Part shown: positions 42,819 through 51,575 of the stretch, one piece after another | Layout of the letters: each line of letters starts with the position of its first letter | How positions within the stretch are numbered: position 1 is the stretch's first letter | Origin: a bacterium | GTDB taxonomy: Bacteria; Oederibacteriota; CAKKQC01 | DNA length: 64,000 nt | Reading direction: 5' to 3' | Assembly: GCA_919901855.1 (NCBI GenBank) | Contig: CAKKQC010000041.1 | Span: 5,088 to 69,087 of the forward strand | Notes under the pieces: generated by a model | The model's input: the letters and a program-made list of their open reading frames with translations, nothing else | Told to the model about the DNA's origin: nothing | Database searches by the model: none | Made by a program: the position numbers and the translations under genes

Positions 42819-44548
42819 TTCGACGTCACGCCCAGGCGTAGCACGGGCAGGAGATCCCGCACGACCTGTTCCTCCAGTTCGAACAGGACGAACCCCGCCG
42901 CCCCCAGCTCCCGCGCGGAGACGATCTGGGCGACGGCCATGTCCGGCGCCTGGTTGCGGTCGGCGCCGTAAGTCGCGTAGAGCCCGACGTAGACGGGAAC
43001 CTTCCCCGCGGCCGCTTCCAGCTCGGACTTGAGTCGGGCGCGCATCTCGGGGAGGCTGTCGGTGTAGTTCATGGGGCACACGAAATCCACGAGCCCGTCC
43101 TTGATCCAGCGTCCCCAGTCCTGGAACACGGACTTCCGGCACGAAGCGGGATCGGAGAACACGGCGGCCGAAAGCTTCGCTTCCGGGCGGACGTCCTTCA
43201 TCATCTGCCGCACCGTCAGGACGAAACTCGTGATGACATTGCGGCGCCAATCCGCGTACTGAGCCGCGTACTTCCCGCCCTCGAGTACGGGCTTCGGCCA
43301 GCCGTCGAGCCGCACCCCCAGCCCCTCCTCGAAGTTCGCGCGACAGGCCGGGCAGAAGCACCACTCGTCGCCCGGGTACCGGATGTAGTCGAGCTGGAAC
43401 CCGTCGATCGGGTACTTCGCCACGAGCTCGCGGATCGCGTCGAGCTCGTACTTCCGGTTCGCCGCGTTCGACGGGCAGAGCCACTCGCCCTGCTTCCCGT
43501 CCTTGTCCACCATCATCCGCCCCGCGAACCGGTACGGGACCGCGACGGCGGGGTCCGCCATCCACCCCATCTGGAAGCAGACCTTCCAGACGTGGACCTG
43601 GATCCCCTTCGCGTGCGCGGCGTCGAGCAGGATCTTCAACTGGTCGCCCTGCTGGCCGACGACCTTCGCGACCGGGACCACGTTCGACGGGTAGTAGGCG
43701 CACCCGCTCCAGAGCATGTTCGGGAACACGGCGTTGAAGCCGTTCTGTGCGAGCGCGTCGACGACCTTCGGCCAGCCCATCCCGTACGCGTCCCCGCTGT
43801 GGCACCAGCCCGCGCGGAACTCGCCCGGCTTCGGCGCCTGGGCGCGCGCATAGGCGTCCACGAGTATGCCGCGGGCCCGGGCCAGGAGATCCTGCGGCTC
43901 CTTCGCCTCGAGGTTGCGGGCCCGGGCCGCGCTGCGCAGGAGGACCTCCGCCGCGCCCCACGCCGGCGCGAGCGCTCGATCGGCCTTGAACGCCGCCCCG
44001 ACCTCCGCCACGCCCTGCCACGGACCGATCGTGACGACATCGTCCACGGCGAGCGCGGAAGTGCCCGCGAGCGCGGCGAGGGTGACCGTCACGTCCCGCT
44101 TGGCGGCCGGCGTCACCGCGATCCGGACGCGGCGGATGGAGTTCCACCCGGCCGGGGTGCCCTCCGTCCCGAAGGCGGCGCGCGGAAGCTTGAGCGTCCG
44201 CCACGTCTTGCCCACGCCGCCGGCGCCGCTCCGGTACCAGCCGGCCCCCGACTCGAAGTACAGGACGATCTCGGCCACCGCCTCGGGGTCGTCGGCCTTC
44301 ACCCGCACCGTGATCCACTTGTCCCCGGTGAGGTCGGGCGTCATCTCGACGTCCCAGCCCGCGCGCCAGCCCTCGAGCGTCGAGAACGGGCACCGGAGCA
44401 GGACCGCCGGCTTGCCCGAATCGGTCGCCGGTTCCACGGCCGGGGAGCCCTCGAGCGCCTCCCAGCGCTTGGCATCGCGGAAGTCCGCGGGGGTGAGGAG
44501 GTCAGCCGCACGGGCGAGGGTGGCGAGGAGGAGGCAGGCGGTGATCAC
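42815..44548 (-). CDS. secreted glycosyl-hydrolase-like 10 (GHL10, YngK-like) family protein
   Basis: Signal peptide ITACLLLATLARA. IDGFQLDYIRYP and the surrounding TIM-barrel pattern are typical of GHL10. Confidence 0.85.
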   Translation of the reverse strand: MITACLLLATLARAADLLTPADFRDAKRWEALEGSPAVEPATDSGKPAVLLRCPFSTLEGWRAGWDVEMTPDLTGDKWITVRVKADDPEAVAEIVLYFESGAGWYRSGAGGVGKTWRTLKLPRAAFGTEGTPAGWNSIRRVRIAVTPAAKRDVTVTLAALAGTSALAVDDVVTIGPWQGVAEVGAAFKADRALAPAWGAAEVLLRSAARARNLEAKEPQDLLARARGILVDAYARAQAPKPGEFRAGWCHSGDAYGMGWPKVVDALAQNGFNAVFPNMLWSGCAYYPSNVVPVAKVVGQQGDQLKILLDAAHAKGIQVHVWKVCFQMGWMADPAVAVPYRFAGRMMVDKDGKQGEWLCPSNAANRKYELDAIRELVAKYPIDGFQLDYIRYPGDEWCFCPACRANFEEGLGVRLDGWPKPVLEGGKYAAQYADWRRNVITSFVLTVRQMMKDVRPEAKLSAAVFSDPASCRKSVFQDWGRWIKDGLVDFVCPMNYTDSLPEMRARLKSELEAAAGKVPVYVGLYATYGADRNQAPDMAVAQIVSARELGAAGFVLFELEEQVVRDLLPVLRLGVTSK

Positions 44549-44554
44549 GGCATC

Positions 44555-44560
44555 AGCTTA
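44555..44560 (-). promoter_or_regulatory. -10-like TAAGCT, 6 nt upstream of GTG 44548
   Basis: Member of the recurrent TAnnnT-(6-9 nt)-start pattern. Confidence 0.35.
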
Positions 44561-44616
44561 GAGGCCTTGGGGTCCCCCTGTCCATCCATGGAGTTGCAGG
44601 CGGGCGGCCGGACGGC

Positions 44617-44622
44617 TAGACT
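44617..44622 (+). promoter_or_regulatory. -10-like TAGACT, 8 nt upstream of ATG 44631
   Basis: Member of the recurrent TAnnnT-(6-9 nt)-start pattern. Confidence 0.4.
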
Positions 44623-44630
44623 GGCCGCAT

Positions 44631-45581
44631 ATGGAATACCGGCCGCTGGGCGGGACGGGGCTGCGGGTCTCGGGTTTGTGCCTCGGGACCATGAACTGGC
44701 GGTGGACGACCTCGGAGGCGATGTCGTACCGGGTCATGGACGCCTTCATCGCGGGCGGCGGCAACTTCCTCGACTCCGCGGACATCTACTCGTTCTGGGC
44801 CAAGGGGTGCGAGGGCGGCTCGTCCGAGGCCATCATCGGCCAGTGGATGCACCGCCGGCGCAACCGGCGGGACATCGTCCTCGCGACCAAGGTCCGCGGC
44901 AGGATGTGGCCCGGCGCCACTGGCGAGGGGCTCTCGCGCGCGCACATCATCAAGGCCTGCGAGGATTCGCTCCGGCGGCTGCGGACCGACTGGATCGACC
45001 TCTACCAGACGCACTTCGCCGATGACTCCGTCCCGGTCGATGAGACCATGGCCGCGCTCGGCGACCTCGTCCGCTCCGGCAAGGTCCGGTACGTCGGGTG
45101 CTCGAACTACACCCCGGGCCAGCTCGCGGAGGCGCTCGTCTGCGCGCGCCAGCTCGGACTCCCCCAGTACATCTCGATCCAGCCTTTCTATAATCTCTTT
45201 GCCCGCGACTTCGAGAAGGACCACGTCTGGCTCGTGAAGAAATACGGCGTCGGCGTCATCCCCTACTCTCCGCTCATGGGCGGCTTCCTGACCGGCAAGT
45301 ACCGGCGGGACAAGCCCGCGCCGAAGAGCCTGCGGGCGGTGGGGCTCAAGTGGCTCATGAACGATCGCGGGTACAAGGTCATCGAGGCGCTCGAGCGCAT
45401 GGGCCGGCCGCGCGGCAAGACCGTCCTCCAGATGGCGCTCGGCTGGCACCTGACGCACGACTGGATGACGGCCCCGATCATCGGCGCCAACACGCCCGAG
45501 CAGTTGCACGAGGCGCTCGGCGGTGCGGGGCTCCGGCTCTCCGACGACGAGATGAAGGAACTGGAAGGGCTGACGTCATGA
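44631..45581 (+). CDS. aldo/keto reductase
   Basis: MEYRPLGGTGLRVSGLCLGTMNW, DSADIYS and WIDLYQTH are present. Confidence 0.9.
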   Translation: MEYRPLGGTGLRVSGLCLGTMNWRWTTSEAMSYRVMDAFIAGGGNFLDSADIYSFWAKGCEGGSSEAIIGQWMHRRRNRRDIVLATKVRGRMWPGATGEGLSRAHIIKACEDSLRRLRTDWIDLYQTHFADDSVPVDETMAALGDLVRSGKVRYVGCSNYTPGQLAEALVCARQLGLPQYISIQPFYNLFARDFEKDHVWLVKKYGVGVIPYSPLMGGFLTGKYRRDKPAPKSLRAVGLKWLMNDRGYKVIEALERMGRPRGKTVLQMALGWHLTHDWMTAPIIGANTPEQLHEALGGAGLRLSDDEMKELEGLTS

Positions 45582-46543
45582 CGAAGAAGCCGATCCCGAC
45601 GCGACCGCTCGGCACGACCGGAATCCAGGTGTCGGAGCTGGCCCTGGGCACCATGCAGTTCACGTGGACGTGCTCGGCCGCCATGGGCCGCCGGGTCCTC
45701 GACGCCTACTGGGCCGCCGGCGGGTATTTCATCGACACCGCGGACTCGTACACGACCTGGCAGGAGGGCAACTCCGGGGGCGAGGCCGAGACGATCATCG
45801 GGAACTGGATGAAGGAGCGGAAGAACCGCCGCCAGGTCGTGCTCGCGACCAAGTGCCAGATGCGCGTCTGGCCGGGCACGACCGGCGAGGGCCTCTCGCG
45901 CGTGCACGTCTTCTCCGCCATCGACGCCTCACTCCAGCGGCTCCGGACGGATTACGTCGACCTCCTCCAGTGCCACTGGCCCGACGGGATCACGCCCGTC
46001 GAGGAGACCCTGCGCGCGTTCGACGACCTCATCGCCGCCGGGAAAGTGCGGTACGTGGGCTGCTCGAACTTCTCGAGCGGGCTCTTCGGCGAGGCGCTCG
46101 CCCTCGCCCGGTGGGGGCGCTACCCGAAGCTGGTCTCGGTCCAGCCCCGGTACCACCTCCTCGAGCGCGACTTCGAGAAGGACCACGCCTGGCTCGCGAA
46201 GAAGTACGGCGTGGCCGTGATCCCGTACTCCCCGCTCGCGGGCGGATTCCTGACCGGCAAGTACCGGAAGGGCAAGCCCCTGCCCGACTCCAAGCGGATC
46301 GAGTGGCAGAAGCACATGCTCGGCGACAAGCTCTGGAACGTCGTGGCCACGCTCGAGCGGTTGGGCAGGAAGCGCGGCAAGACCGTGGCGCAGATGGCGC
46401 TCGGCTGGCACCTCTCGCACGACTGGATGACGGCCCCGATCGTGGGCGCAAACTCGCCGGAGCAGTTGAAGGAGACGCTGGGCGCCGCCGGGCTGAAACT
46501 CACCCCCGACGAGATGAAGGCCCTGGACGAGGTGTCGAAGTAG
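45578..46543 (+). CDS. aldo/keto reductase (tandem paralog)
   Basis: The ATG at 45578 overlaps the upstream stop (ATGA). RPLGTTGIQVSELALGTMQF and DTADSY are present. It is colinear with the preceding AKR. Confidence 0.9.
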   Translation: MTKKPIPTRPLGTTGIQVSELALGTMQFTWTCSAAMGRRVLDAYWAAGGYFIDTADSYTTWQEGNSGGEAETIIGNWMKERKNRRQVVLATKCQMRVWPGTTGEGLSRVHVFSAIDASLQRLRTDYVDLLQCHWPDGITPVEETLRAFDDLIAAGKVRYVGCSNFSSGLFGEALALARWGRYPKLVSVQPRYHLLERDFEKDHAWLAKKYGVAVIPYSPLAGGFLTGKYRKGKPLPDSKRIEWQKHMLGDKLWNVVATLERLGRKRGKTVAQMALGWHLSHDWMTAPIVGANSPEQLKETLGAAGLKLTPDEMKALDEVSK

Positions 46544-46552
46544 CCAGGCCCC

Positions 46553-47584
46553 CTACCGGCGGACGAGGTCCCTAACCGATTGCCAATGCGCGGTAGAGGC
46601 GTGCGCCAGGTGCCAGACGTAGATGCCGGACGCGCCGGCCTTCCGGACCTCGGCCACCATCCATGCGAACTTGCGCGAGTCCGGCATCCAGACCTCGTGC
46701 CGCCGGCCGTCCCGCGTATAGGAGAACGTCAGCTCCCCCTCCGGTTCGCGCCATTCGGGGGCGACCCCGTACTGCTCCATGAGCTCCGCCGGCCCCGCCA
46801 GCCCAGTCTCCTTCTCCCGCTGCGTCCAGACCAGGTCCTCGTGGGCTCCCGTCGCCGGCACCCAGTCCCGGCCGTACCAGGGGAGGGCGGCGACGAACTT
46901 CTCCGCCGGGATCCTCGACCGCGCGTAGGCCAGCTCCTCGGCGAAGTAGCCGCGCGGCATCAGCGGTCCGGGCTTGTCGTAGGAGTAGTCGTAGTACATG
47001 ACCCGGACGTGGTCCGCGAGCCGGCCCAGCGCCGCATAGTCGAACGCCGTCGACGCCTCGTCCCTGGCGCTCGGCACGTCCATGACCGTGACCGAGAGCC
47101 GGCGCGGGCGCTTCATGACCGAGAGGGCCGAGGCGAGCTTGGCGACGAAGAGCGTGTACGGATCGCGCCCGCCCGGGCCCATCGCCTCGAAGTCGACGTC
47201 CACGCCGTCGTACCCGAACCGCTCGCAGAGCGCCACGAGCTCCTTCACGCATCGCTCGCCCGCCTTCCCGGCGATGGCCGCGGGCAGGAGCGGCGGCGTG
47301 CCGCCGATGGTGGCATAGACCAGGATGCCGCGCTTCCGCGCCCACGCGATCGTCCCGGCATCCTCCGCCTTGACGACCCGCCGGACGCCGCCGCCCGTGT
47401 CGATACCGTAGTAGAAGAGCGAGACCGAGTCGAGGAGCCCGGCGTTCGACTTGAGCTGGACGGTGCTGTCCGGGTCCTCCGTGACCCAGCCCCCGAACGT
47501 CATGGCGCCGGGCGCCCGACCGCACCCCGCCAGCGTGGCGGCCATCAGGACGACAGCCCGCCACCACCGAACGCCGCTGGTCAA
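46553..47584 (-). CDS. GH18 (chitinase-like) lipoprotein
   Basis: YDGVDVDFE is the DxxDxDxE catalytic motif. The TTG at 47584 gives (M)TSGVRWWRAVVLMAATLAGC with a lipobox. Start is uncertain; an in-frame CTG at 47599 overlaps the upstream stop. Confidence 0.8.
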   Translation of the reverse strand: MTSGVRWWRAVVLMAATLAGCGRAPGAMTFGGWVTEDPDSTVQLKSNAGLLDSVSLFYYGIDTGGGVRRVVKAEDAGTIAWARKRGILVYATIGGTPPLLPAAIAGKAGERCVKELVALCERFGYDGVDVDFEAMGPGGRDPYTLFVAKLASALSVMKRPRRLSVTVMDVPSARDEASTAFDYAALGRLADHVRVMYYDYSYDKPGPLMPRGYFAEELAYARSRIPAEKFVAALPWYGRDWVPATGAHEDLVWTQREKETGLAGPAELMEQYGVAPEWREPEGELTFSYTRDGRRHEVWMPDSRKFAWMVAEVRKAGASGIYVWHLAHASTAHWQSVRDLVRR

Positions 47585-47595
47585 GCGCGCACTAG

Positions 47596-49947
47596 TCAGG
47601 CCTGCCACTCCACCACCCACCGGCGAGTGCCGGTCACGGTCGCCGGGCTGACTCCCGGCAGGAGGACGCGCGCCTTCACGCCCCTGGGGAGCGAGAGCGA
47701 GACGTGGACCCGGCTCCCCCGGCGCGCCCACGCGCTCGTCACGAGTCCCTGCGGCGTCGGGATCGTCGCGCCGCCGCGAGTGCCGATGAACCGGGGGACG
47801 AAGGCGATCTCCTTCCAGGCGGGCGCGGTCTGCCAGATCCCGCCGATGATCCGCGCGAGATGGAAGATCGGGTGCGCGGACCAGGCGTGGGAGAGGCTGG
47901 TCTGGCCGGGCGTGTGCTCGCGCTCGAAGCCCTCGAAGGTCGTGCCGTGCGCGACCATGGGGGCCCAGCGCTCGCGGATGCAGGCCGCGACCTCGGCGCC
48001 GTACCCGCGGTCGGCGAGGACCTCGAAGACGTACGTGATCCAGTAGGCCGAGGGACGGACCGCCGGCGTCTCCCGGCCGCGCACGAAGGGCAGGAGGACC
48101 TTGTCGATCATGGCCTTCTCGGACTTTGGGTTCAGCCCCGCGATGATCGCGAGCGTCTGCGCGTGGATCGAGGTCGTGTCCACGATCGTGCCATCCCACC
48201 GGATTCCGTCGCGGACGAGCCCCTGCGCGTCCAGCAGGCCGGCGAGCGAGACGCGCAGGTCGCGCGCCCAGGCCTCCAGCGCCCCGGCCCACTCCCGGTG
48301 GCCGGCGATCCCGGCCAGCGCCGCCATGCGGTCGAGCGTGATCAGGAGCCAGAGGTTGTAGACCGCCGAGTAGCCGTCCTTGAACAGGCCCGTCCAGTCG
48401 AGGAAGAGCCACGTCCGCGGGTCGTAGGGCACCAGCCGGGTCTTGCGGTCGATCCGGTCAAGGAAGTACTCGAGCGCGCCCAGCACGGTCTCACCGTGCG
48501 TCCGGAATGCCTCGGGACTCCCGGTCTGCCAGTAGTGGTCCCAGAGCGTGAGCATCCAGATGAGCGTGAAGTCCGGCAGGACGCAGTGGTGGGCCATCGT
48601 CGGCGCGTGTCCGTAGGTCAGCCCGTCCGGCGTCGTCTGGCCCGCGATCTGGGCGATGCCGCGCCGCAGGAGGCGGGTGTCCGCGGACAGGTGGAACGTG
48701 TTCCACGCCTGCACCCGCGCGTCGCCCCACCACTGCGCCTGCTCCCGCCACGGCGTGTCGACGTAGGCGTCGAGCATGCAGCACTGCTGGGTCCAGGCCG
48801 AGGTTTCCCAGATCGCCTCGAGGACGGGGTCCGAGGAGGCAAACGAGCCCTTCCGTTCCAGCGGGTACCCGACCCAGTTGAGGTGGAACCGGACCCGGAC
48901 GGGACGGACCGTGTCGCGGACGGTGATCACCAGGTACCGGAATCCGAACGGGTGGTAGAACTCGTGGCCGGTCGTCCCCTTGCGGCACACGAGCCGGTTC
49001 CCGAACGCCATCCGGCACCCGGCCGGGTACGGGAGGTGGGGCGATAGCGATGCACGGTCGATCGACTCGACGTGCGCGAAGTCCACGATCTCCCCCCCGG
49101 CGGCACCATCGACGCGGACGGTCAGGTTCCCGACGTGGAGCTTTCCGAAGTCGACGAGATAGCTGCGGAACTTCCCCCGGCCGCCTGCGGGCACCCGAAG
49201 GTCGTCCGGCCGGCCCGTCGTGGGCGTGTGCGTGAGCGGTTCGCGCACCCGGACCTCGATCACGTCCCGGGCCGTCGCGTACCCCGTCGCGCTCCGGCCG
49301 GCGGCAACGCCGATCAGGGCCCGCGGAGCGACGATGCGCTCGGCGAGCATCGGAGTCCCGCGCGGTTCGAGCCCCGACCACGGCATCGCGTTCCACGCCC
49401 GGGCATCGGACCCCGGCCCCCACGCCGAGTCGTCGAACTTGAGGCTGCGCCAGTCCACAGGCTCGAGCCGGGCGTCGAAGTGCTCCTGGCCGAAGAGCTG
49501 GAAGCTCACGGGCGGCGCGCCCCGGTTGATCCCGCGCTCGCGCCGCGTCTTCCACGTCGCATCGCTCAGGACCTCGACCGTCCCCCACTTGCCCGCGACG
49601 AGGAGCCCCGCCACGCCCTGGGAGCGGTACTGGTAGGTGCTGAACCCGGGGTTGTGGGCGCGGATCGCGATCACGTTCGCCCCGCGTCGCAGGTACTTCG
49701 CCACGTCGACCTCGTCGTACGGCCAGTGCGACTGGTACCCGCGGGCGGGGCCGCGGCAGACGAACGTCCCGTTGATCCAGAGCCGGTACGACTGGTCGGC
49801 GGTGATGAAGAGCGGCGCGCTCCTGGGCACGCGCTCGAGGGTCACGGTCTTGCGGACGTCGATGTAGCAGTTGAGCAGGTCCCAGGCGTAGTGCTCGGCC
49901 CAGATCCACGCAGCCCGCTTCAGGACGGAAGGGATGCTGTCCATCAT
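47596..49947 (-). CDS. GH78 alpha-L-rhamnosidase family protein
   Basis: LFITADQSYRLWINGTFVCRGPARG is the N-terminal domain. DTPWREQAQWWGDARVQ and DFTLIWMLTLWDHYWQTG are six-hairpin core motifs. Confidence 0.85.
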   Translation of the reverse strand: MMDSIPSVLKRAAWIWAEHYAWDLLNCYIDVRKTVTLERVPRSAPLFITADQSYRLWINGTFVCRGPARGYQSHWPYDEVDVAKYLRRGANVIAIRAHNPGFSTYQYRSQGVAGLLVAGKWGTVEVLSDATWKTRRERGINRGAPPVSFQLFGQEHFDARLEPVDWRSLKFDDSAWGPGSDARAWNAMPWSGLEPRGTPMLAERIVAPRALIGVAAGRSATGYATARDVIEVRVREPLTHTPTTGRPDDLRVPAGGRGKFRSYLVDFGKLHVGNLTVRVDGAAGGEIVDFAHVESIDRASLSPHLPYPAGCRMAFGNRLVCRKGTTGHEFYHPFGFRYLVITVRDTVRPVRVRFHLNWVGYPLERKGSFASSDPVLEAIWETSAWTQQCCMLDAYVDTPWREQAQWWGDARVQAWNTFHLSADTRLLRRGIAQIAGQTTPDGLTYGHAPTMAHHCVLPDFTLIWMLTLWDHYWQTGSPEAFRTHGETVLGALEYFLDRIDRKTRLVPYDPRTWLFLDWTGLFKDGYSAVYNLWLLITLDRMAALAGIAGHREWAGALEAWARDLRVSLAGLLDAQGLVRDGIRWDGTIVDTTSIHAQTLAIIAGLNPKSEKAMIDKVLLPFVRGRETPAVRPSAYWITYVFEVLADRGYGAEVAACIRERWAPMVAHGTTFEGFEREHTPGQTSLSHAWSAHPIFHLARIIGGIWQTAPAWKEIAFVPRFIGTRGGATIPTPQGLVTSAWARRGSRVHVSLSLPRGVKARVLLPGVSPATVTGTRRWVVEWQA

Positions 49948-49953
49948 GCCATC

Positions 49954-51573
49954 CTACCCGAGTTTCCCTTCACGGAAGTCCTGGATGATCGATGCGTACG
50001 CTTCATTGGGCAACTCGTAGAAGTCGAACAGCATGAACAGTGGCTCTCCGAAACGTCTGACCATATCCGGAAGACTTGGCTCTATCTCTTCCAGTCGACA
50101 TGAAATCGCGACAGCATCCATTTCGTCAGAGGCGATCCGAGACTGAATTCGCGGACGGGCTCCAGGGCCCTCAAGAGCCCGACCCTGAACCCCAGCATGT
50201 GTGATTGAGATCCCGACAACACTGGTCCCTGGAAGTTGCAGCCGGGAGTACAGACGTACGCAGTAGAGCAGCGTCTCAGCCAAGCGGTACACTCGCAGAC
50301 GACAGGAGAGCTTGCTGGCATCCCTCTCGTTTTCGAAGAAGCTCTGAAGAAGATAGAACTCCCCGGTCTGGCGCAAAGCCCAGTAGTCGTAGGAGGCCTT
50401 CCCCCCGCCACTGATCTCCGCCAAGATCCCGTCTCGCCGAGGTTTGGGCCTGAAATCTGGTTCATCGAGCACGATGCCGACGGGCCACCCGAAGTTCATG
50501 ATCTGTGCGGCTCGCGCCGCCCCAAGCAGCTCCTTCTGAGTCCTACGAATCTCCGTTCCGACTAGCGTGAAGCGCACTTCCATATAGCCCCTGAGCTTCG
50601 CCTTCTGGATACCGATCTCCGCATCATGGCGATGGGCAGTGAACCATGCCTCATTCCACCGCACAGGTGCATTTCCGACACTCCGGGTGTTCGACCTCCT
50701 AGCTTGGGCTGCCAAGCCGAGAATCTCGTTTACCGCCATGTAGGACGCTGTCAGGACAGCCTCGCGCTCCTGAGGCGACGCAGACTGGAGGAAGTCCGCC
50801 ACATTGCCCGGCCCCCTGGCATCGCGCGAGCTGAAGGCCTCTCGTATTCTTTCGATCGCTTTCTGCACCAACGGTTCACCCAGCCACGGGCGGATCGCAT
50901 CCGCCACCGTACTGGCACCGTCTCCGTATTGACTGGCGATCGCGTAGATGTCGTAGGCATCCTTCTCCTTGAACCGCTCCCCGAGAACGATCCCCTTCAT
51001 CGTGAGGCATCCCGTCACATCCGCGATCTGCATCTGCACCTTCCCCTTCGATCCATTCGGCAGCAAGCCCTCGAACTCGATCTGTTCCTTGTGCTCGAAC
51101 GCTGCCTGGCAACCTTCGCACTTCCTCACGTGAAGACCGTCCTGTAACTCAAGATGCCGGTGCTGTCCGGCACGCGCATCTTCCTCGTGTGTCAGGAAAT
51201 CGATGTGGATCTTGTACTCCTTTTCATCAAGCCCGGAAACGATGGAGCGCGCGAAGGAATTCGGGATCGGCGTTCCATTCCTGTCCAGAACAGGTTGATA
51301 CCCTCGCCCTTCAAGCAGCGTTAGGATGGTCGCGTAGTGCTCCGCGCTGATCTTGGCAGGATCTACAGCGACGTCTATGTCGATTGAGCCGACGTGCGCG
51401 AATGGGGCACCCGGCCGAGGATTGCGTTCAAGGAGCAGGTACGGAACCCAACCTCCGACAAGAACCAAGGCTTCACGATACGAAGCCAGCATCGTCATCA
51501 ACTCGAGAAGGACGCTCTTCGAGGCTTCGATCAGGGGCTTCTCGAATGCTGAACGTGTGCGCATCTCGCTCAC
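49954..51573 (-). CDS. AbiEii/DUF1814-type nucleotidyltransferase (toxin candidate) with ~245-aa unassigned C-terminal domain
   Basis: NTase motifs LVLVGGW, HVGSIDIDVAV, KIHIDFL and MKGIVLGERFKEKDAYDIY lie in the first ~240 aa. Residues ~295-539 match nothing I recognise. Confidence 0.75.
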   Translation of the reverse strand: MSEMRTRSAFEKPLIEASKSVLLELMTMLASYREALVLVGGWVPYLLLERNPRPGAPFAHVGSIDIDVAVDPAKISAEHYATILTLLEGRGYQPVLDRNGTPIPNSFARSIVSGLDEKEYKIHIDFLTHEEDARAGQHRHLELQDGLHVRKCEGCQAAFEHKEQIEFEGLLPNGSKGKVQMQIADVTGCLTMKGIVLGERFKEKDAYDIYAIASQYGDGASTVADAIRPWLGEPLVQKAIERIREAFSSRDARGPGNVADFLQSASPQEREAVLTASYMAVNEILGLAAQARRSNTRSVGNAPVRWNEAWFTAHRHDAEIGIQKAKLRGYMEVRFTLVGTEIRRTQKELLGAARAAQIMNFGWPVGIVLDEPDFRPKPRRDGILAEISGGGKASYDYWALRQTGEFYLLQSFFENERDASKLSCRLRVYRLAETLLYCVRLYSRLQLPGTSVVGISITHAGVQGRALEGPGARPRIQSRIASDEMDAVAISCRLEEIEPSLPDMVRRFGEPLFMLFDFYELPNEAYASIIQDFREGKLG

Positions 51574-51575
51574 GC

